A stretch of 24,000 bases of DNA from Candidatus Aenigmatarchaeota archaeon (lineage in GTDB: Archaea; Aenigmatarchaeota; Aenigmatarchaeia; GW2011-AR5; JAHLMP01), in the NCBI GenBank assembly GCA_021158665.1, contig JAGGUE010000030.1:9023-33022 (forward strand), given 5' to 3'. A model generated the notes under the pieces. It worked only from the letters and a program-made list of their open reading frames with translations. It was not told the DNA's origin and ran no database searches. Positions 23,511 through 24,000 of the stretch are shown piece after piece. Every line of letters starts with the position of its first letter. The stretch's first letter is position 1. Made by a program: the position numbers and the translations under genes.

Positions 23511-24000
23511 CTACATCACCCTGTCGCCGTGCATCCTCGCCTGATGCATTTTCAAACTTTTTTCATTTTTAAATATTCTTCCGCAGATGCGGCATCTTAT
23601 AGCCTTTTTCTCATAAGATTTGCTTATACCCATTTTTTTAAATGGATATGCTATCGGGTTTTTTATTTTTTTGCAGATATCGTCGGGGTTGCATATCCGA
23701 ATGCTTTTATAAAATAAATCATTGCCACAACTCGCCGGAAATATCTTGTTTTGCTGATTATTCCAGTTCAACTGCCCGGTGATGAACGATGTCGGGAGCG
23801 GGGGAGAGTTTTTCCGGTTCCACTCGGTTATTTTATTTTCTATTTCTTCCCATGACCAGTTCATCATTCTGAGAAAGTTTATGAGCGTAAACGTACTTCT
23901 TTTTTTGCCATCCCCGAGCCCTTTAAGGATATTCTTTATGCACGGCGGGAAGAATTGTTCAGAGATTTTTTTGGACGATTCAATATACACGATTTTTTTC
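23511..24000 (-). CDS. priL: DNA primase large subunit PriL, C-terminal Fe-S domain fused to a terminal C2H2 zinc finger; the ORF is open to the right window edge (probably 5'-truncated here)
   Basis: The sequence FFPPCIKNILKGLGDGKKRSTFTLINFLRMMNWSWEEIE matches the PriL-CTD FPPC(M/I) region, and later Cys residues (SCGN, CNPDDIC) follow. The C-terminus CRICGRIFKNEKSLKMHQARMH is a Cx2Cx12Hx4H finger. There is no in-frame stop between the M at 23990 and position 24000. Confidence 0.7.
   Translation of the reverse strand, partial: KKIVYIESSKKISEQFFPPCIKNILKGLGDGKKRSTFTLINFLRMMNWSWEEIENKITEWNRKNSPPLPTSFITGQLNWNNQQNKIFPASCGNDLFYKSIRICNPDDICKKIKNPIAYPFKKMGISKSYEKKAIRCRICGRIFKNEKSLKMHQARMHGDRVM

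Overview
The window is AT-rich, tightly packed and mostly transcribed on the minus strand. It is clearly archaeal: it encodes TFS, aIF5B, ribosomal protein L44e (eL42), a GINS subunit, the primase large-subunit Fe-S domain and an archaeal-type ProRS. Small proteins, short intergenic gaps and the overall gene set suggest a small-genome, DPANN-like archaeon, but that is inference only. I support 23 protein-coding genes and 2 tRNAs. The contents, in order, are: (i) a classical lower mevalonate pathway cluster (mvaD, an HD-domain gene, mvk, PMK, type-2 IDI) with tfs inserted on the opposite strand; (ii) tRNA-Val(CAC); (iii) a four-gene cassette made of an FGase-like hydrolase, a retropepsin-like protease, RimK and a degenerate RimK paralog; (iv) a 127-nt interrupted tRNA-Trp(CCA); (v) argS; (vi) a wHTH regulator divergent from a Tes/GDGT-MAS-like radical SAM enzyme, followed by a GT-C-like membrane protein; (vii) infB, a solo Cas4-like nuclease, proS, a SAM methyltransferase, topA and a membrane protein; (viii) rpl44e, preceded by two perfect 33-nt hairpin repeats, then GINS and a PriL C-terminal domain fused to a C2H2 zinc finger. 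The candidates most worth follow-up are the glutamyl-ligase/peptidase cassette, the bacterial/eukaryote-style mevalonate operon in an archaeal context, the multiply interrupted tRNA-Trp, and the duplicated SD/start-codon hairpin in the rpl44e leader. All functional calls rest on motif recognition by eye; no database search was run.
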